From: Felis catus
Lineage: Eukaryota
Direction: 5' to 3'
Length of the DNA: 64,000 nt
Assembly (NCBI RefSeq): GCF_018350175.1
Contig: NC_058368.1
Span: 48,424,001 to 48,488,000, forward strand
The notes under the pieces were generated by a model. That model was not told the DNA's origin. It was given only the letters and a program-made list of their open reading frames with translations, and searched no databases. Made by a program: the position numbers and the translations under genes. Below are positions 51,558 through 64,000 of this stretch, in pieces (the first letter of the stretch is position 1; each line of letters starts with the position of its first letter).

Positions 51558-51808
51558 AGTATTAGTCTTCTATTGCTGCCTAACAATTTATCACAAACTC
51601 AGTGACTTAAAACAATGCAAATTTATTATCTTGCAGTTTTTGTGGGCCAAGAATCCAGCATATTTAGCTGGGTGCTCTGCACAGGGGCTCACAGGCTAAA
51701 ATCAAGGTTTCAGTTGATTAAGCTCTCATTTATAGGTTCAACTAGCATGTACCTTAGGGTGGAGCCAGACAGAAAATCATGAAGGCAGACAGAATTCAGC
51801 CTACCACA
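51558..51808. mobile_element. MaLR LTR (MLT1-type) fragment
   Basis: gtattagtcttctattgctgcctaacaatttatcacaaactcagtgacttaaaacaa...tttattatcttgcagttt...cacaggctaaaatcaaggt. Confidence 0.75.
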
Positions 51809-52649
51809 TTTGTTTACATTTATTATTAGTGATATTTGACTTTTTAAAAAATCATCTTTTTTGTTATCATCTTACTGTTTGCTTTTTATTTGTCTTTTCT
51901 GTTTATTTGGTCTCAGTACCAATGTGAAAAAATATATAGTAAAAGAAAAAGAGATGCTTACACTTTTTTTGTTTGCTGTGTCTTCTATATGCCCCCTCCC
52001 ATTCTAGTAGTTTTGGAAATTATGTACTGTACCTCTGTTCTTTGGGTAGTTACTCCTGAATTCTTACCAAGCATAATTAACAATGTCATGGACGAACAAC
52101 ATCAGAAACTAACTCCCAATTTTCTCTCCAAACTTAAATGTTACTGTAATGCAATATTTCAGTTCTGTCACTTAGTAACAATCCTACAGATCAAATATTA
52201 GTGTTATTTTCTGAATGTGTACATTTATGAAATGTTTACCAATTTCTTTGATCACCATTCTTTTTGGCATTTCAGGTAATCCATTTGGTATTCATTTCTT
52301 CCTCAAGTATTAATACGTCAGAATCTTTCAGTTGAATACTTAGAATTTCCTTTACTTAAGTCCTTGGCTTTTGTTCACTCAAATATATCTTTATCTCTAC
52401 TCATATATTTGAATGATGTTTCCCAGAATTATGGTGTGTGACGGCCACACAACTTTATGATGACATGTTCTCTCAGCACTTTGAAAATATTACCCCATTT
52501 TCTCCTAGCTGCCACTGTTAATATTAAGAAGTTAGATGTCAGTCTTTTGGTGTTTTCTTTGTACAGTCATACTTCTATCCTGCTATTCTTAGGAACTTCT
52601 TTGTCTTTGTCATCTTTCAGGTTTTCTTTTTGTTCATTTTTCCATTTTA

Positions 52650-52883
52650 TTTATTTTTTTATTTTTTAAATTTTTTTTTTCAACGTTTATTTATTTTTGG
52701 GACAGAGAGAGACAGAGCATGAATAGGCGAGGGGCAGAGAGAGAGGGAGACACAGAATCGGAAACAGGCTCCAGGCTCTGAGCCATCAGCCCAGAGCCCG
52801 ACGCGGGGCTCGAACTCACGGACCGCGAGATCGTGACCTGGCTGAAGTCGGACGCTTAACCGACTGCGCCACCCAGGCGCCCC
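52650..52883 (-). mobile_element. Young feline SINEC_Fc
   Basis: Close to consensus with CpGs intact, and a perfect 16-bp TSD tcatttttccatttta (52634-52649 / 52884-52899). Confidence 0.97.
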
Positions 52884-55461
52884 TCATTTTTCCATTTTAA
52901 CAAAAGTGTAGATTATCCACTGAATCCCTTATATTTTTTTATTTTCAAAAATTCTATTTGGTTCATGCTCTTGGTTAGCCCTAGCTCTAATACTGACACT
53001 GTTCTCAGGTTAATTCCAGTTTATGGCCCCATGATGTTGTAACACGTGCGTGTATGTGCACACATGCACACATGCGTTTGTCATGGTATTGGCTGGGAAG
53101 GGAACAACTGGGAATGGTGGAAGGAACTCAAGATCCCCCTTCCCTGTTCTCTAATTGTTTCGTGGCAGGATGACCTTTCAGAGTATCCAGTCCTCCATAC
53201 TGCTAGAAGTAGCATTGTCCACAAACAACAACTCATCAACTTGTTTTCATTAACCGTGGGTGTTTCTGAAAGTTATTTCCTTCATTGCTCTCGGAGATTT
53301 TTTTATTACTACAGTTTGTACCATAGTAATACAATTTCTCACAATACTAAGTTATTTCCCAATTTCAAATACAGTGCATGCAATTACAAAATCCAGTTGA
53401 CCCGGCACACTGAATCTCACCTGCCTGATAGAGCTAGATAGGTCATGAAAGCAACCTTTGCAACATTAAAGTGATCCTAGGCAAAATTTCCTTTAGGCAA
53501 AACTATGTAATTCAGGCAACAAAGGCAGGGGGAAAAAAGTCACTACTTTATAGTTAGTAATGTGCTGCTGTAGTATTCTCCCCCAAATGTTTCCCTACCA
53601 TGGTTCATTGTTTGCTTTATGGATAGACGTACAGAATAAAAAAATAAATTTAAAAAAAGTCTGCTAAGCTCTCAATCAGAAATTACTACAAATTCACTTC
53701 TTTCTAAACTTCATCTGGTACTCTCACATCTCATCCTGTGCCCAAGTGTTAGAACTGCTTACTTGATACAAAATAGTTGTTTGGTATATCCTTTCCTGGA
53801 TCTGGAGTACTTTCCCTGCAAACAGATGCTTATCTAGTTAATAAATCCTTATTATATAATCTAGTTGTTACTTTTCTTCGTAATTCAGCTGTCATAAAGG
53901 ACTTAATGATAAAATCGTAATAACTCTACTGGTATTTTCTCTTGACCTTCAAACCTGAAAAGGTGTTAATGGAGATCTCTCATGAATCTTAGGCTCTTCA
54001 TGGATCATTCGAGTTGCACTGACCTTCTACTTGGTTTTGGAAAAACATAAACTCGGAGCAAATTTAATTAAGTTACCTGCTCCACAACCTCTATTCACAA
54101 GGGAAAATTACACTCTATACAGATAATCACATAAAATTATACAGATGCTAATAAAAAAGGGAAAAAAAATCTTTTTTTCATTTTCCTATAAGGGCTAAAT
54201 AGACATAAAATTTAACCTTAGAAATTTGATGTTTCTTGCATAAAAAGCAGACTTTCTCATTTGGACATGCTGTGGGAGCTATTCTAAGCAGGCAAAACTA
54301 AAAGAGGAACAAAGAACAATAAAAACGTAAAGAGGGTGCAAAGCTTCTATTAATTATTTAAAAATATTTCTGGCCTGAAATACTCTGTGCTATGTACTTC
54401 TCAGAATTCCGCAGCCACAGTTCTTGTTATCTCATTTGACTTACAGTCCTCTGCTGTTTTGCAGTCCAACTTCTACGGTGACATCAGATTTAACTTTCTA
54501 CAAGACAGACTTTCTAGCCAGAAAAACTAAGCAGGGGAAGAGGCCAGAGAGCGGCATGGAAGAAGCCTCTGTTTCTGTTTAGATGGGGTGTTCGTAAAAG
54601 GCTTGCCTGGTTAAGTGAATTGGGACGTGAAACCTGGAAAAAATAAGGGAAATACTGGTGAAGAGTGCTCTAGAGGATCTGTGAGTGCCAGGAGAGGGCA
54701 ATGGGCTGGGTCTACTTGAGAAACTCAGTGGAGGCCCATGGAGGGGGGGTGGGCAGGAAAAGGACCGTTTTGGCTGTGATGAGAATAACAGACTCTGCAG
54801 AGGAGTGAGAACTTTTCACAGACTGCAGGAAATATCCAAACTGCTGAGAATGTCAATCAAGACACTCAAACAAAGGATAGACTTAAATCCTCCAGGTTTT
54901 CTGATATTCTGGACTACCTGTTGCTCACTGAGTATCGCATTGCCATTCACACCTCTTCATTTTTGCTGATGTTATTTCTTATGCCCAAAATATCGTTTCC
55001 TTTTTTCGTTGCTTGGCAAAATTCTACTTATCCTTCAAGGGTGAGTTCAAGTGTTATTGGTTCATAAAGCCTACCTCCATGATCCTGGGATATTCAATGT
55101 TTTTTCTGCTACTCTTCTATCGTGACACTTTGAATGTGACACAAACTTGGGAACAAAAAGAAAATAGACAAGAGATATGAAGATAATGAGGCACTGCAGA
55201 CAATTACCATATATAACTCTACACACATAAATATTGGAACTCCATAAAAGCAAATGTCAGATATGAAAACACACAGTAAAATCACAATACTTAAAAGACA
55301 GGGGGAAAAATGGTGTTAAGAGGAGGTATATCGAAGTTTTTCATAAAAATTCCATGAACACTATGCCATCCAGTTTAATAAGTCTACGAAGTTCTTAACA
55401 AAAACAACAAGAAAATTATTTAAAGACGCAGAGGGTCATGGGGCTTACACAAGCTCTACAC

Positions 55462-55689
55462 CTGGGGTCTGGCAAGCTGGAGCCTTTGGGCTAAATCCAA
55501 GATGACAATTTTTGTAAATTCTAAGTGTAGAACACAGTCTTGCCTACTCATTTACATATTGCCTATGGTTGCATTTGCAGGACAACAGAAGAGTGAAGCC
55601 ATTGCTTCAAACCATATGGTCCCATAAGGCTTGAAGAATCTAAAATATTTACTATTTGGCCCTTTACAGAAAAGGTTTGCTGACCCCTG
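55462..55689 (+). mobile_element. MER58A (hAT-Charlie MITE)
   Basis: TIRs ctggggtctggcaag / tttgctgacccctg, internal ctaaaatatttactatttggccctttacagaaaa, and 8-bp TSD-like ctctacac / ctctatcc. Confidence 0.85.
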
Positions 55690-57650
55690 CTCTATCCCAC
55701 TTTACCACAAGCTCCTTAACTACTGGAGATTCTTAAATAAATCCTGTTCCTTAGGTTCTCAGTGACTAGGGGTGCTATTCCTTCTGCCCGGAGCAGGATT
55801 CCCTACCTACTCTGCCCAGCTAAGCTCTTTCCTCCTTTAAAACTCAGCTCAGGACATCCGTCTAACAAAATGCTCCTCTCTGTCCGGTGCACACAAAGAG
55901 ACCCTTCTTGGGTCCATAGCAACTCACACATGCCTGGGACTTCACACACAGCTCTCTTGATTGTTTATTTTCTTGCCATCCCAATTAAATATTAGATTGC
56001 TGAGAAGAGGAAATGTTTTATGGACTTAGCATGTCTACTCCAAATGAACAAATATTAAACTTTGCCACTTACATAGTTGGTATTAGACCGAGACAAACTC
56101 TGAGAGTTAAAGGAGTCGGAAGGAAATTCAAATTTAGTTCATTGCCTCATGCTATAATCAGCACGGTAAACTGACTGCATGCCATAAGTTTAAGAAAAAA
56201 CATTTATAACGAATTATTCCAATAAAACATAGAAGTAGGGTCTTTGGTCCTTATGAGGAATTGCCTCCAACCTGTGATGGAGGTTGCTCTGTCACTTCCA
56301 GCTGCTTCCATATGCCTCTAGCCATGACTCACCCATTGCCTTCCTAATTTGCTGCCTCAAAACTACTTTTAGAGCTGGAAAAGAAAACAAACATGTGGTA
56401 AAACTAGTGTCTAAAATTAGAATAAATAAGCTTTTAAGGACCTGTGGGATTTTCTTTCACAGGTGTATGAACAGGGCTGCTCTTCCAAAGATAATTTTTT
56501 CTGAATTCCAGATTCTTGGCTGTGTTCTAAATGGTGTTTTTCTTGAATCAGAAACCTAGTACAATTAACTAAACTATTATGGAATGGAAAACTGCACCTT
56601 GACCCATTCAGAGAAAAAAAAAAAATCTATAAAGACCTTCTGCCTTTAAAAGGAGTAGACTTGATTAGCAAACACATGTTCTATCATTATGCTAGAAAAT
56701 AAAGTATGAACCCAACTTTAAGCAAGGCTGATACCTAAAAAATGTTAAGGTCTAAAACAGATTAGACCTCTTTTATGTCCCTATTTATAATCATTAATTC
56801 CTGAACATACTCTCTAGAGATAACAAAAGTAAAATTTCAGGAGCCATTGCCAAGTGAAAATTAAACAGAAATTAGGAAAATGCAGCTTTGGAAATGGAAG
56901 GTGTATCAGGGGAAACCATTCTATTTTGACAACTGAAGATTTAGAAGTTATTGTTTACAAAGCCATAGATTTCATTTTTATGTCTGTTATTTTGGCATTC
57001 ACATGGAATCATTAAATGCTACTTTCTACAGGAACAGGAAAAATATTTAAATTAACATTTTCTCATTAAAATTTCTTAAGTGTTTAAAGAAGTAAAATGA
57101 TTGCTTTCATCTACTTAGCAAGGTACATTTCTTAATTTAAGATGAGGTAAAAAATATTTCAACCAATGTATTCACACACAAAACGAAACATACTCAAAGC
57201 TCTCCTGATTTATGAATCTAAGGAAAAATTTAATACAAAAAAATTAGACAACACAGGCTGAATTATAGTTTAGCAAGGTAGAGAGAATTTCATTTTCTAA
57301 TTTTTTGTGTAGAATTATTGTCCTATATAGAAAGATTTTCAAAGAGTGTTTCTGTCATATAAACGTTGCCTCCTCTGTATACATTAGATATTGGCATTGT
57401 TTTTTGCACACCCTGGTGCTTTTCCTTCTGATTTCTTGAAAAAGCAAGTAGTGTTGTTCATCTAAAATGTTTAAGACAGAACTGAAAGTACTCACTATAT
57501 ATAAGACCTCATTTATGATAAAAGTTAAAACAATTCTCTGCATTAGCTTTCCCATTCCATTTCACTAATAACTTTGGAAATTTGATCATGGTCCTAGCAC
57601 AAGGTCACAAATTTTCTTCTTAATTTTTTTTTTACTTATAGTGGCTTTTA

Positions 57651-57855
57651 AAAAAAATTATTTATTTATTTTTAGAAAGAAAGAGAGCACGTGTGCATGA
57701 GCGGGGAAGAAGAGGCAGAGAGAGAAGAGAGAGAATCCCAAGCAGGATCCACGCTGTCAGCAAAGAGCCTGATGTAGGGCTTGATCTCACAAACCATGAG
57801 ATCATGACCGGAGCCAAAGTCAGACACTCAACCAACTGGACCACCCAGGAAACCC
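57651..57855 (-). mobile_element. Can-SINE
   Basis: gagagaatcccaagcagg...catgagatcatgacc...ccacccagg. Confidence 0.92.
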
Positions 57856-57914
57856 TAAAAATTGCTATTCTTTAATATTTGAAGGGCCCAAACTTTCAGA
57901 ATTTTCAGAACGGT

Positions 57915-58410
57915 ATTTTTTCCAGTTTTATTGAGATATAACACCATATTTGTTTTAGGTGTGCAACATAATGAATTGATATTCATACAGAATATCACAA
58001 TACATACAGAATAATCACCATAGTAATGTTAGCATCCATCACCTCACATAGTTAACTCTGATAACTTTTAAGTTATCTACTCTCCTAGTTACTTTCAAAT
58101 ACACAATATTATTCATGATAGACACCATGTGTACATTACACCCCCAGAACTTACAGCTGAAGTTTTTACCTCTTGGCCACTTTGACCCATTTCCCCCACT
58201 GTCCACCCCCCATCTCTGACAACCACCAAATTGCTCTGTTTCTATGGGTTCAATTTTTTTTTTTTAATTCCACGGGTAAGTGAGATCATACAGTATTTGT
58301 CTTCTCTGACCTATTCCACTTAGTATAAAATGCCCTCAAGGTACATACACATTGTTGAAAATGGCAGGATTTCCTTCTTTTTTTTTTCTAACTAAATACT
58401 ATTCCTCTTT
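57915..58410 (-). mobile_element. LINE-1 3' end (L1MA-like)
   Basis: ttttattgagatata...catccatcacctcacatagtta...gtaagtgagatcatacagtatttgtc...aatggcaggatttccttctttttt. Confidence 0.85.
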
Positions 58411-58486
58411 GTGAGTGTGTATGTGTGTGTGTGTGTGCGCGCGCGTGCGCGCGCATGTGAGAGACAGAGAGACAGAGAAAGAGAGA
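58411..58486. repeat. (TG)n(CG)n(GA)n compound repeat
   Basis: Seen directly. Confidence 0.9.
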
Positions 58487-60886
58487 ATACATTTTCTCAG
58501 ACGTTTATCTTCCTAAATAATTTGCATTTGGTCCATTTTTTATTTTCATCCAAATTATGGTCACACAGAATGCACTGATATAGAGACAGAAAAGTAATAC
58601 ACTAAAATAAATGTGTACTTAGTTATTCTATCAAATGCATGTGGACTTAAAGAACGAAGTCTGAATTTCAAAACAAGCAAATGAAAACAAAACAAAAACA
58701 ATACAAGCAAATGAATTCAGTGACTAAACATGGAAATATTTTTAAAATCATTAATAATACTTGTGTTTGGAAAATCGTCTATATGAGAAATGTCAAGTGC
58801 AGAACTCAATTTTATGGACTTTGAGTTTTTGTTTTCCTGACAAAAAAATATGTAAGTAATCATACAGCATCAGCCCATGTCTTATTGCTCAGAGGTGATT
58901 TAAATAAAAATTATGGTACTTGAACCATGAAAGCCAATGATAAAACCCCAAATCAATGCTTCTAATGTGTTGATATGTTGTCTTATAATCATTTTAAAAG
59001 ACCTGCAAATATCTTGAACCAGTAGTGGTACAAATTAATGGACATTAACAGAGTTCATTTGTATACTATAAAGCAAATTATGGAAGGAGACAATTATGGA
59101 AGGATTGTGTGTAGACTGCCTTAAGGAACTATCTTAAGCTCAGGCAAACAGTCTCTTTGGCAGGAGTCATAACTCATCCTTCATGTTCCTTTTCATTCTA
59201 TTGTTACATTAGTGCCTCTGTAAACTGTCTTCTGTGAAAAGAAAATATCCACCTTGAATACAAAATTTATTATTAATCCGGTAACTGTGAGGATGAACGC
59301 CAAAACAAGACTACCTTCTCTAAATAATTATTACCACGGCTAACATCAACATTACTTTGCCTCCTGTTTTTAACACATTCTGAAGTTTGTTGTTAGCTCT
59401 TAAATAAAAGATTATGGCTTATTACCCAACTTTTTATTAATAAGCAACATTAATGAGAACAGCAGTACATTCATTAAAATTAAAACAGTTATTTGCATGA
59501 GAAAAAATGACTGATTCTATCAAAGTCTCAAAAGTTTCTCTTTGTTGAAGAAGACAAAGCACCAATTCTTATCACACCAGCCTTAGGAGTGTGTGGCGTA
59601 GTGCTCCAGAACACAGATAAATTTAAATGTCCTTGCCAAATTGGTAACTCCCTTACATAAACAGGATGACATTCAGTCGAAGGCTACAATACAAGGTGGA
59701 ATAGTTAGGGAGTTTTCTTTTTTTGTAAACTGGAGAGAGGTGACAGGGAAGGGCACCATAATGTTAAGCACAAAGGAAAGCACATGGGGGTACTGAGGGC
59801 CCAAAAGTGATTCAGCAGCAGTTAACACAGGAGTCAGTTCAGTCTAACCCATATCTACTCAACATCCAATTATTTGCAAAGCTTTGGGCAGGGCACTCAA
59901 GGGTGAGAGAAACCCATAACCATCTTTACCATAAGGAACTTATAACCCAGTGTGAAGAAAAGGTATGTATATAGCAAACTCACCTGCAAGGCACAATTTG
60001 ACAAAAGGTAGGATAGTTACCTCCAAGAGAAAATTGATAAATTCACTCATATTTTAACAAAGTTAAATTCTGTCAGAAAAACTAAAATTTGAGCTTGTGT
60101 TATATGATAGTGTGTGAGATAGACCACATTCCTATTCCCCATTGAGTGGCTATTCTACTCTAAAGGATAAACTGAGAAAATGGAGGGACACCAACTTAAT
60201 TATAGATACAAGTTACTGGAGAAAGCACTGGCCTTTCTAGGGTTCCTTCTCCAAATTTAATACAGTTGGAAAAAAAACCAAAGTCTTCTTTGAACACTAT
60301 GTTAAAAGTTTAAGTCCCTACTTGGTTTTCAAAGGTCTACAGAATGACATTACAGTTTACCTATCCATCTCATTTCTCAGAATAACAAGCAACTCCTTTC
60401 TTATCTGGAGAATGAGAATAGTAACAGCACTACCTCCTAAACTTGTTCATGCGTTGCTATGTGTAGAACACAACTGTACCTGTATTTTTCTCTTCCCTCA
60501 GCTAAAGAACACGTCAATATCCTTTTGTGGATCTGAATTTTATTCATCTTCGGACTAGCATTAAGTACTGCCTACTCAAATTTTCTCAGACAAAACAAGC
60601 CCCCACAACCACTCGCTCCAGTGTCCTTGACCTCCTCCCATAGGTGCACAAAACAATTTAACAGTTACACTCAATAAAAGAAAAGACCTGTGTAATCACT
60701 TTCATTGTCCTCTAAACCAATCACGCTTTCATCTTCACTGCTCTACAGGGCAGTATCCCCTTTAGATCCGGACCAGGGTTTCAAGGGCTCTGGGTCTGGT
60801 CTTCCTCTGGCCACAGCCCTCCTCAAGGGGAGGGGAGTCTGTGAGGCCAAAAGAGGATGAGTAGAGACTGTACTTGCCCTCTGGAG

Positions 60887-61078
60887 CAGGACTACCCAGT
60901 AGAACTTTCTGCAGTGATGAAGATGCTAGTTATCTTCACTGTCTCATGTGGTAGCCACTAGCCCCACTAGCCACTGGTACACATGGGAAATATGACCAGT
61001 ATGACTAATTATTTTATTTTATGTACATTTAAACTTAAACAGCCACATGGAGCCAGTGACCACAATATTGGTCACTGA
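60887..61078 (+). mobile_element. MER3 (hAT-Charlie MITE)
   Basis: tagaactttctgcagtgatgaa...ggtagccactagcc...ttaaacagccacatggagccagtgaccacaatattgg. Confidence 0.8.
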
Positions 61079-61229
61079 GAATACTGTTTTCAAGACCAGC
61101 AATGGATTAAAAAAAAAAAAAAAAAAAAGACTACCAATACTACCAATAGATGATCCCCTTGCCGCCAACCATTATTTACTTGCCTATTTTCATCTTCTTT
61201 GTTGTTTCATACCATTCAACACCACTGAG

Positions 61230-62560
61230 CAACCACTTAAGTACTTGCTTCTTATGAGCTCTAGAACCATACTTCCCTGGTTTTCTGCCTATCTGCCTGG
61301 CAGTCTTCTGCACTGGCTCTACTTACTGTGCTCCAGCTTTCAGTATTGAAATTCCTCGGGGCGCCTGGGTGGCGCAGTCGGTTAAGCGTCCGACTTCAGC
61401 CAGGTCACGATCTCGCGGTCCGTGAGTTCGAGCCCCGCGTCAGGCTCTGGGCTGATGGCTCAGAGCCTGGAGCCTGTTTCCGATTCTGTGTCTCCCTCTC
61501 TCTCTGCCCCTCCCCCGTTCATGCTCTGTCTCTCTCTGTCCCAAAAATAAATAAATGTTGAAAATAAAAAAAAAATTAAAAAAAAAAAAAAAAAGAAATT
61601 CCTCAGGGCCTAGGCCTATACCCTCTATTCTGTTTCTACTTTTATGCAACCTCATATGTCAATATGAAACCTCCATTTCCAAGCAAGGACCCCATGGCCA
61701 CTAGTATATTTGAAATCTTCACTTAGCATCTAAATCTAATAAATCCAGAACAACACTCTTAATTTCTCTCCCCTGCAAAAGGCCATCTCCTCTTATATTC
61801 TTCTCTATGTCACTATACCATCAATATCTACTGAGAAGATCAAGACAAAATAACCTTCTCTCCTTCATCAGCTCCAAAACCCAGTCTACGAGTGAGAACT
61901 TTTAACCAAACTTCCAAAACACATCACCAGTTGGTTTACATAACTTTATCTCTAGTGTCACAAACCTACTCCAAGTCACCACCGTCGCTAGTCTTAAGTC
62001 TTACAGAAGTCTCCAGACTCGTCTTTCTGCTTCCACGCTGCTCTTATCACCAGCCAGCCCCCCAAGCCTCACAGCCAATGAAGTGAAATGTACTTTCAAA
62101 CAGGAGGTGAAGGATTTAGTGACAATGGTCATTTGAATGAAGACTTGAAGTAAGAGATGGAGGGAAAGGCTGTGCAAATACCTAGGAAAAGAGAAGCCCA
62201 GGGAAAGGGACAAGCAAGGGCCTTAAAGCTATGAATGGAAAATTGCTTTTATTCTAAGAGAAAGGGAAAGATGCTGAAAAGTCTTAAAGAAGAAAAACCT
62301 GCTATATGGAAAGTGGGTTGAAAGGGAAAGAATGGAAGTTAGATACCCATTAGGAGAATGTCAGTGCAGTTAGGGTAAGCAACTGGGGAGGTCGAGAGGA
62401 TTTTAGATATAGGACATATTTAGAAGTCATGAATTCACAGAAGTCATGAAGGAATGAAGGGTATCAAGGATAATTCCCGTGATTTTGGCTTAAGGAACTC
62501 AACGACGGCTGGCACTACCTACAGAGATGAGGAAGGCACACTAAGGAGCCAATCATTTAG
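61230..62560. mobile_element. L2 LINE remnants, apparently two fragments in opposite orientations, interrupted by a SINE
   Basis: Pyrimidine-rich L2-like sequence up to ~62095, then purine-rich L2-like sequence (catttgaatgaagacttgaag, tcaaggataattcccgtgattttggctta). Confidence 0.5.
61358..61594 (+). mobile_element. Young feline SINEC_Fc with a long A tail
   Basis: Close to consensus, with perfect TSD gaaattcctc (61348-61357 / 61595-61604). Confidence 0.97.
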
Positions 62561-63340
62561 ATGGATGCTGGTGGTAGAAGGTTTCCAGGCACATCACCTG
62601 GGCAGGTTCCAAAGAGGGACAAAGGTCACCGGGCACCAAACTATGGAAGGGCCGCAAAGATGAAAGTCTTTGAAATTCTAGCTTCCAGATGCCATGTACC
62701 TACAATATGCCACGGACATTCTGGATCTGGGAGGTCTGCCATTCTGGCTAGATGGTTAAGTAGAGAGGCCTAACAGTTTTATACGTGAGCAGAGAGCACA
62801 CAGAATCTCTCTGATTTTCTCCAATTACCTTCCAGGACATCCTTTAATTCTGCGTTAAATCTGTGCCGAGTGCTGGAAAATCTGTGCTTAATCGTACCCA
62901 AATCACAAAATTAACTAGTAGCAACACGACACACAGCAAGGGCTCTTTTGTATAAGGGCATTAGCCATATCACAAGACAGAGAGACAATTCTATTAGAGC
63001 CTTCAAAATGCCAAAATGTTAAAAAAAAAAAAAAAAAAAAAGAAAACCAAAGTGTACTCTGTTAGTGTCAAGATCAAAATCACTAGGTCTGATCACACAC
63101 TCACACAGTTAATCATCATCAAAGACACTAAATATGTTCAAAAATGGGAAGTGGTGACATATGTGCCACTGACGAAGTGTAACTGTCCAATTTTAATCTA
63201 GATATATAATCTGAAGCCATCCATCAACACTATAAATAATGTAAAAAAAATGAAGATAGCAAAGCTAATAAAAAAGGGATCTTCATTTTTCAGAAATATC
63301 CATTTTGTTCAAATTGATTTTAAAAAATACTATACTATAC

Positions 63341-63568
63341 AGGCGCCTGGGTGGCTCAGTCAGTTAAGCATCCGACTTCGGCTCAGGTCATGATCTCACG
63401 GTCTGTGAGTTCGAGCCCCAGGTTGGGCTCTGTGCTGACAGCTCAGAGCCTGGAGCCTGCTTCAGATTCTGTGTCTCCCTCTCTCTCTGCCGCCCACTCC
63501 CCACCCCCACCCCATTGCTTGCACTATGTCTCTGAATAAATAAATGTTAACAAAAAAAAATTTTTTTT
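63341..63568 (+). mobile_element. Feliform Can-SINE
   Basis: ggcgcctgggtggctcagtcagttaagcatccgacttcggctcagg head and A tail. Confidence 0.95.
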
Positions 63569-64000
63569 AAATACTTTTCTTATCCACCGATTCATCTAAT
63601 TGACCTTTAAAACCTTTGTGAACTCCAAATCAACATTTATCTACAGTTGGTCAAATTTTATTTCCATGAATAGAAACATGAATTCTGAAACAGCTGTCTC
63701 AGGCAAACCAAAATAAGAGATTGTATGACAAGTAACTGCATATATAATAATATGATGGCCTTTTGTAAATTTGTTTATCATAAAACAAACACTGATACTG
63801 ATCATTAAATTTAAATGTCTGTAGAAAAATGTTATAATTTTTTGATAAAAGTAATTTAGACTAAAATGACTTCAGGTTATCTCTTTTAATATTTTTATTC
63901 TAATAGTTTTGTTAAATCATTAAGACTGCCTTTAATTATGAAGGCTTTTGCTGGGGAAATTAGATCTTGCTGCTATTCAAAGCACTAAAGACAACTTTTG

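Larger units (their letters stand above)
50770..52960 (-). mobile_element. Highly degraded ancient LINE-1 (L1ME-like) with nested insertions
   Basis: T-rich antisense L1 phrases (gcatcctacaaattttgatat, ctcagcactttgaaaatattaccccattttctcctagct, ttttcaaaaattctatttggttc). Confidence 0.55.
22029..64000 (-). other. KLF12: KLF12 intron upstream of the exon; the preceding exon is not recognised in the window
   Basis: Ends at the polypyrimidine tract plus CAG. No MLMLDGMPAVRVK-coding sequence was seen. Confidence 0.85.

Noticed and set aside
61328..61655. Recurrent peptides such as GAPGWRSRLSVRL / MAQSV...SLEPASDSVSPSLS in many ORFs, suggesting a gene family or array
   Set aside because: All are translations of Can-SINE copies.
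1..64000. A novel multi-gene system, prokaryotic insert, endogenous viral ORF or CpG-island promoter
   Set aside because: There is no long ORF besides the KLF12 exon, and no compositional island, operon-like layout or repeat-spacer array was seen. The window is consistent with ordinary felid intron throughout.

Overview
This is AT-rich mammalian genomic DNA, almost certainly from a cat (Felidae), judged by about 19 tRNA-derived Can-SINEs, three of them the young feline SINEC_Fc type. The whole window lies inside the KLF12 (Kruppel-like factor 12 / AP-2rep) gene on the minus strand. Only one coding exon is visible: 547 nt at 22028->21482, with canonical AG/GT ends, encoding SPNVHNYPDMEAVP...PVDLS...DGRSHGK. 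The rest is intron filled with SINEs, LINE-1/L2/MIR remnants, a near-full-length Tigger1, several MER DNA-transposon fossils and microsatellites. Nearly all other ORFs in the track are chance or repeat-derived. I see no prokaryote-type system, RNA gene or new protein-coding gene. Observations worth following up are: (i) a diverged ~260-bp direct duplication bracketing the Tigger1; (ii) a head-to-head SINE pair only ~30 nt apart; (iii) features around the exon that could give zinc-finger-less, poison or circular KLF12 products; (iv) a strong CTCF motif; and (v) a KLF/GC-box/CCAAT cassette. Repeat family names and human KLF12 comparisons come from my recall of consensus sequences, not from a search, and repeat boundaries are approximate.
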